A DNA stretch of 58,658 nucleotides, filler included, from Globobulimina sp. (taxonomy: Eukaryota), in the NCBI GenBank assembly GCA_003354225.1. It is 8 parts of 8 records of this genome, joined end to end, with 100 filler letters (N's around TTAATTAATTAA, not from the genome) between each part and the next. Parts side by side here need not be neighbours in the genome. Positions count along the whole stretch, not along the records: positions 14,713 to 21,964 come from PIVH01000180.1; positions 22,065 to 29,315 come from PIVH01000181.1; positions 29,416 to 36,665 come from PIVH01000182.1; 5 more parts are not named here. One strand, 5' to 3'. Below the pieces are notes generated by a model that ran no database searches, was not told the origin of the DNA, and worked only from the letters and a program-made list of their open reading frames with translations. Position numbers and translations under genes: made by a program. How positions within the stretch are numbered: the stretch's first letter is position 1; every line of letters starts with the position of its first letter. Below, piece after piece: positions 20,650 to 31,929 of the stretch.

Positions 20650-20807
20650 CAAACAGGTGCTCCCGTTACTGTGTCGCGTGTGTGTTCCGTCTCAATCTCA
20701 GCTTTTAGCTGCTCGTTCATAATTTGGCGTAGCTTCTTTAGATAATAGCGCTTCATACCGTGGCGGGCTGTGCGGTAGTTATATTGTGCTTGTTCAAGAT
20801 TTTTCAT
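20649..20807 (-). CDS. Phage hypothetical protein, 52 aa
   Basis: Coupled on both sides (ATGA at 20804-20807, TGATG at 20647-20651). Translated by hand. Confidence 0.6.
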   Translation of the reverse strand: MKNLEQAQYNYRTARHGMKRYYLKKLRQIMNEQLKAEIETEHTRDTVTGAPV

Positions 20808-21154
20808 TTCACGATCTCCACAGGAATGCCGGTTAAGGCTTCCACAAGTTTGTATTTAAGCTTCCAAAGTTGGGTAGCTGCTCCACTGCCGATATAACCC
20901 TTTACGTCCTCTAAAACTTTTCGATCATCAGAAGTCATGACGTAGCCAAAATCTATTTTAGTAAATCCGCATTTCTTACCGTTGATAATAAAATCAATAC
21001 GGACTTGGCGCTCTAAATCTTTAATGATGAAAGACTTTTGTAATAGAACTAAATCGCGCCACCTACGTGCCTCTGCTTGGCTATCGAACTTTATACCGTC
21101 AACAATAGTTTTCTTGGCGTTGAATTTATTTTTAGCTGTAAATGCGTGTTTCAT
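20804..21154 (-). CDS. DUF1064-family PD-(D/E)XK endonuclease
   Basis: NKFNAKKTIVDGIKFDSQAEARR, LERQV, IDFGY, EDVKG. Confidence 0.9.
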   Translation of the reverse strand: MKHAFTAKNKFNAKKTIVDGIKFDSQAEARRWRDLVLLQKSFIIKDLERQVRIDFIINGKKCGFTKIDFGYVMTSDDRKVLEDVKGYIGSGAATQLWKLKYKLVEALTGIPVEIVK

Positions 21155-21163
21155 GTTTCCTCT

Positions 21164-21214
21164 AAAAAAATGGGGCTAGAACTATTCAGGAGTGATTGAA
21201 GCATCCTAGCCCCC
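21164..21214 (-). terminator. Intrinsic terminator between the cro region and the DUF1064 gene
   Basis: Minus strand GGGGCTAG..CTAGCCCC-ATTTTTTT. Confidence 0.75.
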
Positions 21215-21317
21215 AAGTTAACAGGGAGGAGTTAAACTATGATGATAAGTGCCAATCCACATATAAAGGCTACTACTATCAAGCGTTGGCGTTCTAATGC
21301 AGTCATGTGCTTATCCT

Positions 21318-21506
21318 TTAATCGTAAAAACTTTTAGGCGGTACGCGCCCCTTCGTTAATTCATCGATCTTTTGTGCAAGGCCCAAACTCGGTTTTCTCG
21401 ATCCTGTTTCAATCCGAGATAATGTGGCCTCTTTTATACCTAGCGTCTTAGCGAGTTCTGCTAAGGTTAGCTTTTTGCGTTTCCGCCATGTTCTTAATGT
21501 TTCCAT
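21318..21506 (-). CDS. Cro-like XRE HTH regulator, 62 aa
   Basis: LRTWRKRKKLTLAELAKTLGIKEATLSRIETGSRKPS. GAGG SD before the ATG at 21506. Confidence 0.9.
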   Translation of the reverse strand: METLRTWRKRKKLTLAELAKTLGIKEATLSRIETGSRKPSLGLAQKIDELTKGRVPPKSFYD

Positions 21507-21513
21507 ACCTCTC

Positions 21514-21600
21514 TTATTACATATAAGGAAAGTAGCGTCAAGAAAAAAACTTTCCAAAAAGGTAAAAACTATTTGACAACACTTTCCAACGTGGTAATAT
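21514..21600. promoter_or_regulatory. Divergent promoters with three operator-like palindromes TTWCC-N5-GGWAA
   Basis: ttacatataaggaaa 21517-21531 (one mismatch), tttccaaaaaggtaa 21551-21565, tttccaacgtggtaa 21583-21597. TTGACG on minus (21541-21536) and TTGACA on plus (21573-21578). Confidence 0.75.
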
Positions 21601-21631
21601 GTAATCATAAACAAACGCATGGAGAGTTAAA

Positions 21632-21811
21632 ATGATTACCATCAAAGTTAACGAAACAAACGTAGACGTAATTAAATCTGACGAGGTTCTTTATACCTTT
21701 TGTGCTTATCGTCAGTCAGAGAACATTTCGGCGGCGTACGGCATAACAGAGGAATTGTTTCCATACGAAGAAGTTAATCTTGATGAAAGTGGGTTGTCTC
21801 ATGTTGCATAG
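21632..21811 (+). CDS. Phage hypothetical protein, 59 aa, divergent from cro
   Basis: GGAGAG SD; MITIKVNETNVDVIKSD..; no HTH. Confidence 0.65.
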   Translation: MITIKVNETNVDVIKSDEVLYTFCAYRQSENISAAYGITEELFPYEEVNLDESGLSHVA

Positions 21812-22064
21812 CGCTATCACATTTGTCTTAGACAAGAAAAACCTTGGGAAGATGTCTTCATATATGAAGCGCCAGGAATCAGACAGTCGTTATTTTGAAC
21901 AAATGCGGGCTCATGTTGATGAGGGTGGAAAGATAACGGAAAGCCAGAGAATTCAGCTAAAGCANNNNNNNNNNNNNNNNNNNNNNNNNNNNNNNNNNNN
22001 NNNNNNNNTTAATTAATTAANNNNNNNNNNNNNNNNNNNNNNNNNNNNNNNNNNNNNNNNNNNN

Positions 22065-22240
22065 ACAAATCGTAGCCTTCGTGGTGGTGTCTATGGTTTG
22101 GTGGACAATGTAATACAACGTCCGATGCATATAACGTCTGCTCACACTTATCGCATGACGCCATTTGTAAGCCCAAATTGTGATAAGCGTCATATACAGT
22201 CAACACTCCAACACATTGCTTACAGCGAGTATCTGAGGGA
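22065..22240 (-). CDS. Partial Cys/His zinc-finger (ZZ-like) protein
   Basis: SCDKCEQ..LHCP..H..GYDL(C), running into the linker. Confidence 0.4.
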
Positions 22241-23167
22241 CACGTCTAATGTTCATAATGTTAATTAAGAATCTTAACTATATCTTACACATACAACAAA
22301 ATATGAGTTACTTAACTAAAGCACTGAATTTTGATACCAAATGGTGAATATTATTTGAGTTTTGATCGTCCTGATTAGTTTACATTTAATTTTAAATACA
22401 AATAGGAGAAATTAGCAGACTAAAAAATAGACATACACCCATTGTATCAAATAGGTTGCTATGATGAATTGACATCAATTAGGTCTTTTGCATGAGCTGC
22501 CAGTGTCGTAGCAATGTGGATTGTAAAGATATTTTGCGTTTTTGCGAGTGACTATACGTCTGTTTTTGCGGGTAACATGTTGGACAACATACCACATGGC
22601 AACGCATAATAATTCTTAGAATTACATCCTTTATTATCACATATGTGTTAATACCATCGGTAATTGAAGTATTTGTAAAAACATCGGAAATATACGGTTT
22701 ATGTATAACTATTTGTTGAGTGAATATACGGTTATACAGTTAGTAATTGTTACATATTGATGTATTTAACAAGCCACAGCATTGTAAATGATACACAATT
22801 AAAATCAGATGCATTAAAAGACCAGATTTCGTGGTATAATGTATGCAGAAAAAAACTAATCTGACACTTTCTATGTCAGATGACTGACTGTGGGAAACAA
22901 ATGAGATTTGCATAGAAATCAACTGATGTATATCCTCGCCAAACAAGGTCATATAATCCTGCCGGCCATTTACATATTTAGTCATATAATCTGTTTTTGG
23001 TAAATAAATTGACATTTTCATTTTATTTGTCAACTACACGGACTACAAAGGATATTGTATAGTTATAGTAACGTCCAGAATTAAATAAAACACAGAATTT
23101 ATGTATAGCCAACGTTGTGATTAATTCATAACTCTCTTTTTAACTGTAATGATTAAAAAAACAAAAA

Positions 23168-25444
23168 ATGTACTCAAGAAGTCTTGCTTGTTTATGTCGC
23201 CGTCAATGTTGCAAACACCAACCACCAACAACCAATTACATTTATGATAATCATTATTCATATTTATTGTACACCAATCACCATCATTACATTTCTCACG
23301 CAACATCAAATAAACATAACCGTCATAATCAACTTAACCTAACATTTCCAATCCGATGCTTTGCTACCAAACAAACGGAGAACACAACCACAACCACAGA
23401 GCATGACGATAGCTACCTGGACCTCGACGAAGAACAACAACCCGAACAAGAACAAGAAAGCAGTAAATCACGCAAATGGAAATCATCCCAAACTAAACGT
23501 GGCCAAAGAATGGATAAAATTGATAGTCCCTCCACCTCCGAACCAGCTATAAAACCATCAAAATGGAGCTCCATTAAGTCCGTAATAAACAAACCATTCG
23601 CCGCTATAAAAGCAAAAACATCGCGTAAAAAAAAAACGGATGATTCCGAGTCAGAAACAAAAACAAAAACAATCAAGAAAGAAAAATTAGTACACAGACC
23701 GGGCAAGAAATCATTACCTTCGCCGGGTGAGGGTATCATGACATTTATACCCAAGCACAAAGCACAAATATTGCATATATTACAGGAAGAATGCAACATT
23801 TTCCCTGACGAAGTATTTCCGTTATTCCCTGATCATAAAACTGAGGAAATCCTCGCTGGTATTTTTTATATACGTTTCCTTTGAAATTTATAGAATTTTC
23901 TCATGTCCACAGATGCCGAGGATTGGACCGGTGAAAGCATCAAATTTGTGGATGATGAGCAAACCAAAAAATTAATAACAGCACAGGATGATACCTCCGA
24001 AGAAGAAGACTCTGAATCTGATGAAGACGAACAGCGATATATTGATCCAGACCAACATGGTAAAAAAAAACAATTATTACTACAACAAACAGAGAAATCG
24101 AAGAGTGATTCATTAATTATACCTAAAAAAACGCCGTTAAGTCAGCTAAAAGCGGAGAAACGCATAGAAACACTGAGCATAGCGGAGTTAATGAGTGATA
24201 AACCAAAGACCACTGCGTCGAAATTGCGCGACCATAAAGTCTCCGGTATCGATGTAGACGACGAACGGAGTAAATTTCGGGAAATGTCTGTGATGAATCC
24301 ATATAAATATAGGCGGATTATGACACCTCAGCAAGTGAAGCAATTATATGCGGATGAAATAGGAGATAAAAAGGGTGAGGATGAGGATGTATTGGATGTG
24401 GATGGTGCTGATATATGGGCGCAAGACGCAGATAATGTGTATGAAATCGTTCAGTTATTACGGGAGTTGGGATTCAAAACCAATCAGAATAGCGCAGTGT
24501 GGCCATATACAGAGTTTATGAAGTCTGAAATGGAGATGTCTGGGGATGTGGATACGGGGAAAGAAGGGGATGGCGGAAGTGGCGAAACTGCAGTGGTGTT
24601 GCATGAGGGGAGCGGATTGAATCCGATTGCTGACACATTTAATGATTTTTATTTATTATTTGCACGATTTCCAGAGATATTATCGATGGAATTGAACGAT
24701 ATTCGACGGAAGTTACATGTTTTAGAACAGTTTCAAATCGATGATATTCGGATATTGTTATTGAAAGATCCGCGGATTTTAAGGCGGCCATCACATCACA
24801 TTCGGTGGTTATTGGAGGTGTTTGATGATTATTTTATTGACGATTTTACGCAAATTATTGAATTATCGCCACATTTTTTAGCCTCTACATCGAAGAAAGA
24901 AATGGTGAAAAGGCTATGTTTTATTCATAAAGAGATATTGCAACCATATCAAGAGTATAATAATGAGATTGATAAGGACTCAGTGTATAGGAATATGCAA
25001 ATTGAGTTGAAACATTTGCATAAAAATTCGGAATTTATTATAAAACATGGTGTTGCTATACAGAAAGATAAGAATTTGGAGAATGATATGATAAATGGGG
25101 TGTATTTGGATGATTTGGATAAGGAGAATTTATCGAATTTTATTATAAAACATGTGGATTTCATTGGTAATGCGAATGTAAATAGAATGTGTGAAATAAA
25201 AGGGTTGTTAAAGAAATTAGGGATAAAAAATAAAAAATTAAATGATTTGTTGTATGAATATCCGCAGATTTTAACCATTTCACCACAGGCATTGCATGAA
25301 TGTGTGCATCAAATTAAAATAAATGGTATTCGGGATTACAGACAATATTTTATTGATAATATTCATGATGTTTTGACGTATTGTTCACCGATTGACAGTG
25401 TTGTAACTACTCATCATCAGCAGCTTGAGACACTGCAGCAATAA
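23168..25444 (+). CDS. mTERF-repeat protein with putative mitochondrial presequence (intron 23859-23912)
   Basis: Repeats FARFPEILSM, LLKDPRILRR, IELSPHFLAS, LYEYPQILTI. Arg-rich N-terminus ending RCFAT. In-frame 54-nt GT-AG intron. Confidence 0.8.
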
Positions 25445-25511
25445 CACCGTTTAATTCAATTCGTCCATGCATGTTTTTGGTTAACTTTTGTACTTCAGTT
25501 TTCTTGATTTA

Positions 25512-26705
25512 ATGAAAGTGCAACACAGCAGACACAATATAGATGACAAATATCCACGTCGATGGAATATAATAAAACGAAAGAAAAACAATGACCCATG
25601 GTCAAGGAGAAGATTTGGATGCATTTGTAGTGGATCAAATTTACGATTAAAATATTCAAAGCAACCCGATTACAGCAGAGAGAACAGTTATAATTCCAAT
25701 AATAATCAAATTATCGCATATTCACAACAAAATCATAGAAACAGTTATATACACAAAATGATGACCAGATCAATGCGTAAAACAAATACAACTCCATTAA
25801 TAACCGATAATGAAACTAATAATGGTCTTCAGTTTGATGATGACAATGAATTTGCTGCAAATTGGATTATAAAGGATAACCTCATTGAATATGGCAACAT
25901 ATATGATAATGATTATTCTCATCACTTACATCGCATTGAAATGGATATTGAAAATCTAGATAAAAACAACACATATAAGGAAGAAGCACCACACGATTAT
26001 AATTTTGAAATTGATCGCAAAACAAATAGGTTTGATGCTGACGAATATAATCCAAAAGATGATACACATAATACACAAGAGCAAGAACAAGAAAACATTA
26101 CAAATGAGGATGAAATTGAGATAGAATGTGATATATTATCAGAATCATCAATGGATGCAAATGATTATAGAATAGCAATGGAATTAGAAAAAGAAATGAA
26201 TGTTTATAGTGAAGAAATAGATGGTTTATATGAACCGATTACAGTCAATGATATTAAAAATGATAAAGCAGCTCAGCGAGAAAATGATATTGAAAATGAA
26301 TTGGATCAGCAAAGAACAAACAGATACACAAATAATGGATATCATAGTTATTCATCGCCAGCAACGTCTACAGTTCGGAAACCGCATAGATATCGGCCAG
26401 GAACAGTGGCTTTGAAACAGATTCGAAGATATCAAAATTCGTGGAAAATGTTGATAAGTAAAAGTGAATTTGAACGGTGTATTGGCGCTATTGTTTATAA
26501 AGCATATCCGCATAATATAAAATTTCAACAATCTGCAATTTATGCATTGCAACAAGGATTGGAAGCATATGCTGTGGATTTATTTGAAAATAGTACTTTG
26601 TGTGCCATTCATGCACATCGAGTAAATGTTTGCCCAGAAGATGTTCAAATGGCGACAAGAATTCGACAAAAAGCAAATATTGATAGAGTTCGTGACAGTC
26701 ATTGA
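25512..26705 (+). CDS. Divergent histone H3 variant (CenH3-like) with long acidic N-terminal extension; start may be 25758
   Basis: RKPHRYRPGTVALKQIRRYQ..FQQSAIYALQ..EAY..LFENSTLCAIHAHRV..DVQMATRIR. Confidence 0.85.
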   Translation: MKVQHSRHNIDDKYPRRWNIIKRKKNNDPWSRRRFGCICSGSNLRLKYSKQPDYSRENSYNSNNNQIIAYSQQNHRNSYIHKMMTRSMRKTNTTPLITDNETNNGLQFDDDNEFAANWIIKDNLIEYGNIYDNDYSHHLHRIEMDIENLDKNNTYKEEAPHDYNFEIDRKTNRFDADEYNPKDDTHNTQEQEQENITNEDEIEIECDILSESSMDANDYRIAMELEKEMNVYSEEIDGLYEPITVNDIKNDKAAQRENDIENELDQQRTNRYTNNGYHSYSSPATSTVRKPHRYRPGTVALKQIRRYQNSWKMLISKSEFERCIGAIVYKAYPHNIKFQQSAIYALQQGLEAYAVDLFENSTLCAIHAHRVNVCPEDVQMATRIRQKANIDRVRDSH

Positions 26706-27570
26706 TACATTATTATAACGGGCGTGTCCATTTGTTTGGTTTTGTCTTTGTCAGTACCTTGCTCAATGTCCCATTCTTTGAATGGCTGCTCTGAAAATTT
26801 AATAATTTCGACATTTTGATATTGTGTTCGTAAATAACATGCAAGTCTGTACTTGGCCTTTGCATCAATTCCATTAAACACACGTTGTGCTTTATGAATG
26901 ATATAATTTCTTTGTATTTCGGTATGAGTTATGATATTATGAGTATCGGTATCGGTGGAGTTTTCATCATGAGAAATATGTTGATAACCATGAGAAACGT
27001 TGAGGTTATCAATATATTCGCATCTTTGCGCATAGACACATTTCATATCATAATCCAAACATAAATTAATTAAGTCATTCCCTTTAAATTCAATACCAAC
27101 ATTGCATAATAAACTGGATTCTGTCCATATTTGTGCATCGGAATAAATACCAATGGAATGTTGATTTCTTATATACCATGACTTGAGTATGCCATCTTGT
27201 TCACGCACAAAGCCAACGGCAAATGTATACTCAAAATCTGAACCCATTTTCAATTTCCAATAATATTTACATATTTTGTTATCAGTGGATGGTGCTGCAA
27301 TTACAGTCAATCCATAAGCTGATCCTCTTGATATAGGTGTGCCGGTATTTTGTATTTTGGCATTGTTGGAGCCACCTACAATGGCTAAGCATTGACTAAA
27401 CGAACTCCATTCATCACCACAATAAAAATATAAATGTATCAATGCACATATTCCTTTGGGTATGTTCAGTTTGGATTTTATAGCAGTTCTAATCCAGTGC
27501 TCCAGCACATACTGACAATCTTGATCTTTTGGATCACTTGAAATTCGAACTCCTAAAATTACCTCCATCC
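26699..27570 (-). CDS. SPRY/B30.2-like beta-sandwich protein
   Basis: WIR..IPKGICALIHLYF leader, then YYWKLKM, FAVG, FKGNDLINLCLD, YRLAC. Start uncertain. Its 3' end overlaps the H3 variant stop. Confidence 0.55.
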
Positions 27571-27632
27571 ATCCACTGTTAAAAACAGTTAATTTTGCGA
27601 TAATTTGTGCAAGGATTAAATTCAAGTGCAAG

Positions 27633-28070
27633 TTAATTTGAGTAAGATTTTAGAAATATTGGGTTCAAAGCACGTGATTTGTCATTGCCTTTGCGGTTTT
27701 GGTCTTTGGATTTGTCAATAAAACATTCACGAATGCGTAGTGTTGCTGGTTTATTTGTTAACAAATGCTTTGATTGTTTTAATATTGAGTTTATAATTAA
27801 TTTTTCTTTTTGAGTGTTATTGTGTTTGTCAATTTGTTTCCTATTCCTATTGTTCATTTCATGCCTTTTTATATGAACATATTTATTTGTCACATCCATT
27901 AACAACAAATCAATATATTCTCTTAAACAACGGGATGCTTCACTGCTAATTGTACATTGTATCGGAATTTCATTTAGTTTTAGATTTTTTGATTGATTCA
28001 CTTTCTTCAACATATCATTAATATTGGCATTTGTGACACAACATCTTGCATCTTTACCTTGTATAGACAT
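27633..28070 (-). CDS. Basic hypothetical protein, possible histone fold
   Basis: 145-aa ATG ORF. ISSEASRCLREYIDLLLMDV weakly resembles histone-fold helix 2. Confidence 0.45.
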   Translation of the reverse strand: MSIQGKDARCCVTNANINDMLKKVNQSKNLKLNEIPIQCTISSEASRCLREYIDLLLMDVTNKYVHIKRHEMNNRNRKQIDKHNNTQKEKLIINSILKQSKHLLTNKPATLRIRECFIDKSKDQNRKGNDKSRALNPIFLKSYSN

Positions 28071-28161
28071 TTGATTAAAAAATTAAAAAAAAACCCAAGC
28101 GCAAAAAACTCAATTCCAATGTTCTAACAATCATTGATATTCCTCTCATTTATATTTAACA

Positions 28162-29076
28162 ATGGATTTTATCAAAAAATTAACATCCAAAAAAAAACCC
28201 AAACCCCCACCACAAGAACCACCACCACAACAACAGCCAACCCCACATATTAAACTCCATGCTCCCAATCCAAACGCAACAAAACCAAAAGGAATATTAA
28301 AAAATAAAAACGATACGCAAAAATACACGAACATCAATGCCTATCCTACCTCTGATGATATCGATGAATCCCTACGAAATGCACAAAAAAATAGCAGTTT
28401 GAATCAATCTTTGACCACAACACAATCGGCGTCGCCACAAAATGAATCTAAATCCGATCATAATGACATCGATGGTGATAAATCGAGCTCAAATAAACAG
28501 CAAAAAGACTTAAAATGGGATGAAAATAATTTAGAAAAGAATGAAAACGAGAAAGTGCCGCGCATGAAAATAGACGAACCGCCAACACCGTACAATGCAG
28601 AAATCCCCATCGAATTACAAGACAACGATAGCAATGATAATAATGAGTATTATGACATAGAAGAGGTCATTTTAGACGAAAATCCAATGGATATGGACAT
28701 GCACAGTAAAAATAGTATAAGCGATGATAATTCGTCGAGCAATTTGCATAATAATAATAATAAAACATTGGATCAGAAACAGCAGGCATTATTATTGGCG
28801 GATGATGATTATAGACAGAAAATGGTGGACGATGTTATGAATAGGAGACAAAATGAAAAGGACACACATAAAAAAATCGTATCGTCGGCGTGGGAGGAGG
28901 ACAATGGCAATGATAATGATACACCAATGCCGGGTCAAAATGAGCCAGCTGATACCGACCAAGTGGCTGCTAAAAAAGCAAAATTTAGAAATAAAAGGAA
29001 AGCGCACTATAATGAGTTTCATGCCATTCGAGCATGGCGAACAAAGAAACAACAAGAGGAGGATTTAAATAAATAA
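28162..29076 (+). CDS. IPP2: Protein phosphatase 1 inhibitor-2 (IPP-2/Glc8 family)
   Basis: KGILK, LKWDE, MKIDEPPTPY, FRNKRKAHYNEF. Confidence 0.93.
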   Translation: MDFIKKLTSKKKPKPPPQEPPPQQQPTPHIKLHAPNPNATKPKGILKNKNDTQKYTNINAYPTSDDIDESLRNAQKNSSLNQSLTTTQSASPQNESKSDHNDIDGDKSSSNKQQKDLKWDENNLEKNENEKVPRMKIDEPPTPYNAEIPIELQDNDSNDNNEYYDIEEVILDENPMDMDMHSKNSISDDNSSSNLHNNNNKTLDQKQQALLLADDDYRQKMVDDVMNRRQNEKDTHKKIVSSAWEEDNGNDNDTPMPGQNEPADTDQVAAKKAKFRNKRKAHYNEFHAIRAWRTKKQQEEDLNK

Positions 29077-29096
29077 CAAGTGTTTCTGACTTTTTT

Positions 29097-29315
29097 TTAG
29101 CCTTTCATTAACTTACAAAATTCCTCAAAATCGATCTGGCCGTCACCATCAATGTCGCCTTCTTTGAATAAATTGTCAATTTCTTTTTCTGTTAATTTCT
29201 CGCCTAAGTTTGTCATTACGTGTTTGAGTTCTTGCGAAGATATGGCACCGGAGTTATCTTCATCGAAAACATGGAAGGCTTCGATTATTTGTTCTGTTAT
29301 GTCCGAATCATCCCA
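29097..29315 (-). CDS. Calmodulin-like EF-hand protein, C-terminal half
   Basis: Translated by hand: [59 protein letters not shown]. Confidence 0.9.
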   Translation of the reverse strand, partial: WDDSDITEQIIEAFHVFDEDNSGAISSQELKHVMTNLGEKLTEKEIDNLFKEGDIDGDGQIDFEEFCKLMKG

Positions 29316-29415
29316 NNNNNNNNNNNNNNNNNNNNNNNNNNNNNNNNNNNNNNNNNNNNTTAATTAATTAANNNNNNNNNNNNNNNNNNNNNNNNNNNNN
29401 NNNNNNNNNNNNNNN

Positions 29416-30111
29416 ACTAGTGAGAAAATCTGCAAAGGGATATTCACCGAGATTTCTTTCAGGGTGGATAATGCTAGAGAGGCACACGGCAGAGAAAGCG
29501 AACAAGCATGGTCCGCATCGATGGAATATATTGAAGTCCAAAAAAGACTGAAAAAAGATAAAGTAGCGCTTCAATTGTATTTAGAATTAGAGCCGGTAAC
29601 AATAAAGTTATTTGGTGATGATCATGAAAATTCGTCATCTGTTTTTAATAATATTGCAATGTTATATTATCATACATTCCAACATTCGAAAACAATCCCT
29701 TATTTCAAAAAGACTCTAGCAATTTGGGAGAAGATATATCCAGCCAATGATCAAAGGGTTGTGGTCACTCGAAATAACATCGCTGTTAATCAACAAATGT
29801 CATATTTTGATTTCCAGAGTCAAAAGCATGGCGTTAAAATAGAAAAAATGGATTTTACAAGAGATTTAGCGGGGAGAAAGCCAGAAAGTCATGATCAGGA
29901 TGATAATGATAATAATGATGATTTTAAAAATGATCCAAAACGAATGGCTTCATTTCAAGCGGCCATTGATGAGCAATTTGGAAGTAATTATAATCAGATT
30001 GATGATGAACAGAAACAGAAAGTGGTTTCGGATAAAGATGTTTCAAATAACAATGACTCCACACAACAAACAGACAATGCGCAACCATCGGATGCAAACA
30101 TTCAGAAATAA
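29416..30111 (+). CDS. TPR protein (kinesin-light-chain-type repeats), 3' part
   Basis: LFGDDHENSSSVFNNIAMLY..YFKKTLAIWEKIYP..RNNIA. Confidence 0.75.
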   Translation, partial: TSEKICKGIFTEISFRVDNAREAHGRESEQAWSASMEYIEVQKRLKKDKVALQLYLELEPVTIKLFGDDHENSSSVFNNIAMLYYHTFQHSKTIPYFKKTLAIWEKIYPANDQRVVVTRNNIAVNQQMSYFDFQSQKHGVKIEKMDFTRDLAGRKPESHDQDDNDNNDDFKNDPKRMASFQAAIDEQFGSNYNQIDDEQKQKVVSDKDVSNNNDSTQQTDNAQPSDANIQK

Positions 30112-30302
30112 GCAATACAAATCTGAATCTATACATTATAAATTATAATATAATTAATTTTCTTCAAATCTGATTTAAAAAAAAAAACACAAAACTTTTT
30201 CACAACTTCCAACTTCCAACAACAAAACATACAACAATCCTACCTTCCTTCTTGATATCTCATTGTTACTCCTCTTTATTAACACAACGAGACCCTTTCA
30301 AG

Positions 30303-31772
30303 ATGGTACGTGAAGTATTAACAATCAATGTCGGTCAAGCCGGTATTCAGTTAGGACAAGCTGTCTGGGAACAGTACTGTTGCGAGCACAGTATTGACAG
30401 AACTGGCAACAAACACAGCGAAGAAAAAGAGAATTCATTTCATTGTTTTTACGAGGAAACAACAGCCGGGCAATATGTACCACGCAATCTAATGATTGAT
30501 TTGGAGCCAAATGTTATTGATGATGTGAAAAACAGTCAATATTCAAACATCTTCAATGATACATTTCTGTTGCATGGAGATGAAGATGCTGCAAATAATT
30601 TTGCTCGCGGACATTATACGGTTGGCAGAGCAATGATGGATAAAATTAATGACAGAATACGTAAATTAGTCGATAATTGCGATAATGTGCAAGGCTTTTT
30701 AGTCAACCATTCTGTCGGTGGGGGTACTGGCTCCGGATTAGCCGCATTGATTTTAGAAAAGATTGCTGTTGATTACAGACGAAAATCCAAAGTATGTTGC
30801 TTTAATTCCGTCTGCTATGCGCAAATTCGCTACTTCACACAATGTTTTTTTGAACTACCTTACTACAAAAAACTTTGCTTGTATATTTAGATTGGATTCG
30901 AATTATATCCATCACCAACAATATCGACGTGTGTGGTAGAACCGTACAATGCATTGCTAGCAACTCATTGGTTATTGGATCATACGGAAGTATCGTTGCT
31001 ATTGGACAATGAGGCGATATATGACATATGTCAGAAATGGTTGGATGTTAAAAGACCATCCTATAATAATTTGAATCGATTGATTACCAAAACCATATCT
31101 TCAATGACTGCCAGTTTGCGATTTGGTGGTGAATTAAATGTCGATTTAAATGAATTCCAAACCAATTTGGTTCCGTTCCCGAGGTTGCATTTTATGATTA
31201 CCTCAATGGGGCCAATATTAAGTCCCCCAAAAATGCACAGTGCCTCTATTACTGCCAGGTCCATAACCGAGTCATGCTTCAATCCGCAGAATTTCTTTAC
31301 AAAATTGGCAGACTTTGATGTCGAAGAAGATAAATATATGGCAATATCCGTGAATTACAGAGGTGATATCAAAGCAAAGGATGCAGCGTCGACTGCTCAA
31401 TGGCTCAAAGAAAAGAAAAAAGTAACTCTTGTGGATTGGTGTCCGACTGGATTCAAAGTTGGATTAAATGAGAGAGTGCCTGCTATTTTAGAAAGCGATG
31501 ATATTGCAGCATGCAACAAAAATGTTGTTATGATTGCAAATAACACAGCCATTTCCAGAGCATTTAGCGAGAGAATCTGTAAAAAATATGATGTGATGTA
31601 TAGTCAGAGGGCTTTTGTGCATTGGTATGTTGGCGAAGGAATGGAAGAAGGCGAGTTTGCTGAAGCAAGGGAAGATTTAGCATTTTTAGAAAAGGATTAT
31701 TTGGATGTTTTGACTGACATAACGTCTGACGATGAGACAGATGTTGGAAGCGATGATGAAGATGATGATTAA
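30303..31772 (+). CDS. Divergent alpha-tubulin, Retaria alpha2-like (intron 30792-30890)
   Basis: [83 protein letters not shown]. In-frame 99-nt intron. Confidence 0.95.
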
Positions 31773-31929
31773 ACGGTGCTTTAAGCACTAAAAAAAATAA
31801 ATATATAAAAAAGAATATTGTTTATGCCATTACATTAGTTTGTTAATGTGTGGTGTAATTCATTTATTATTATTATTACTTAAATTTATAGTTGTTTTTC
31901 GTTGCAACTCCGACCGTCAGCGTTTAGAA

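Larger units (their letters stand above)
14713..21964. mobile_element. Bacteriophage or prophage fragment, probably alphaproteobacterial
   Basis: Dense, short, intronless, co-oriented genes with Shine-Dalgarno sites and ATGA/TAATG overlaps. Includes Cro-like HTH, DUF1064, DUF551, a replication-protein-like domain and a GcrA-like regulator. Confidence 0.92.

Noticed and set aside
14613-22064. Phage apparently integrated in a eukaryotic genome (HGT)
   Set aside because: The phage contig is bounded by linkers on both sides, so adjacency reflects size sorting only. At most the sequences share a sample or bin.
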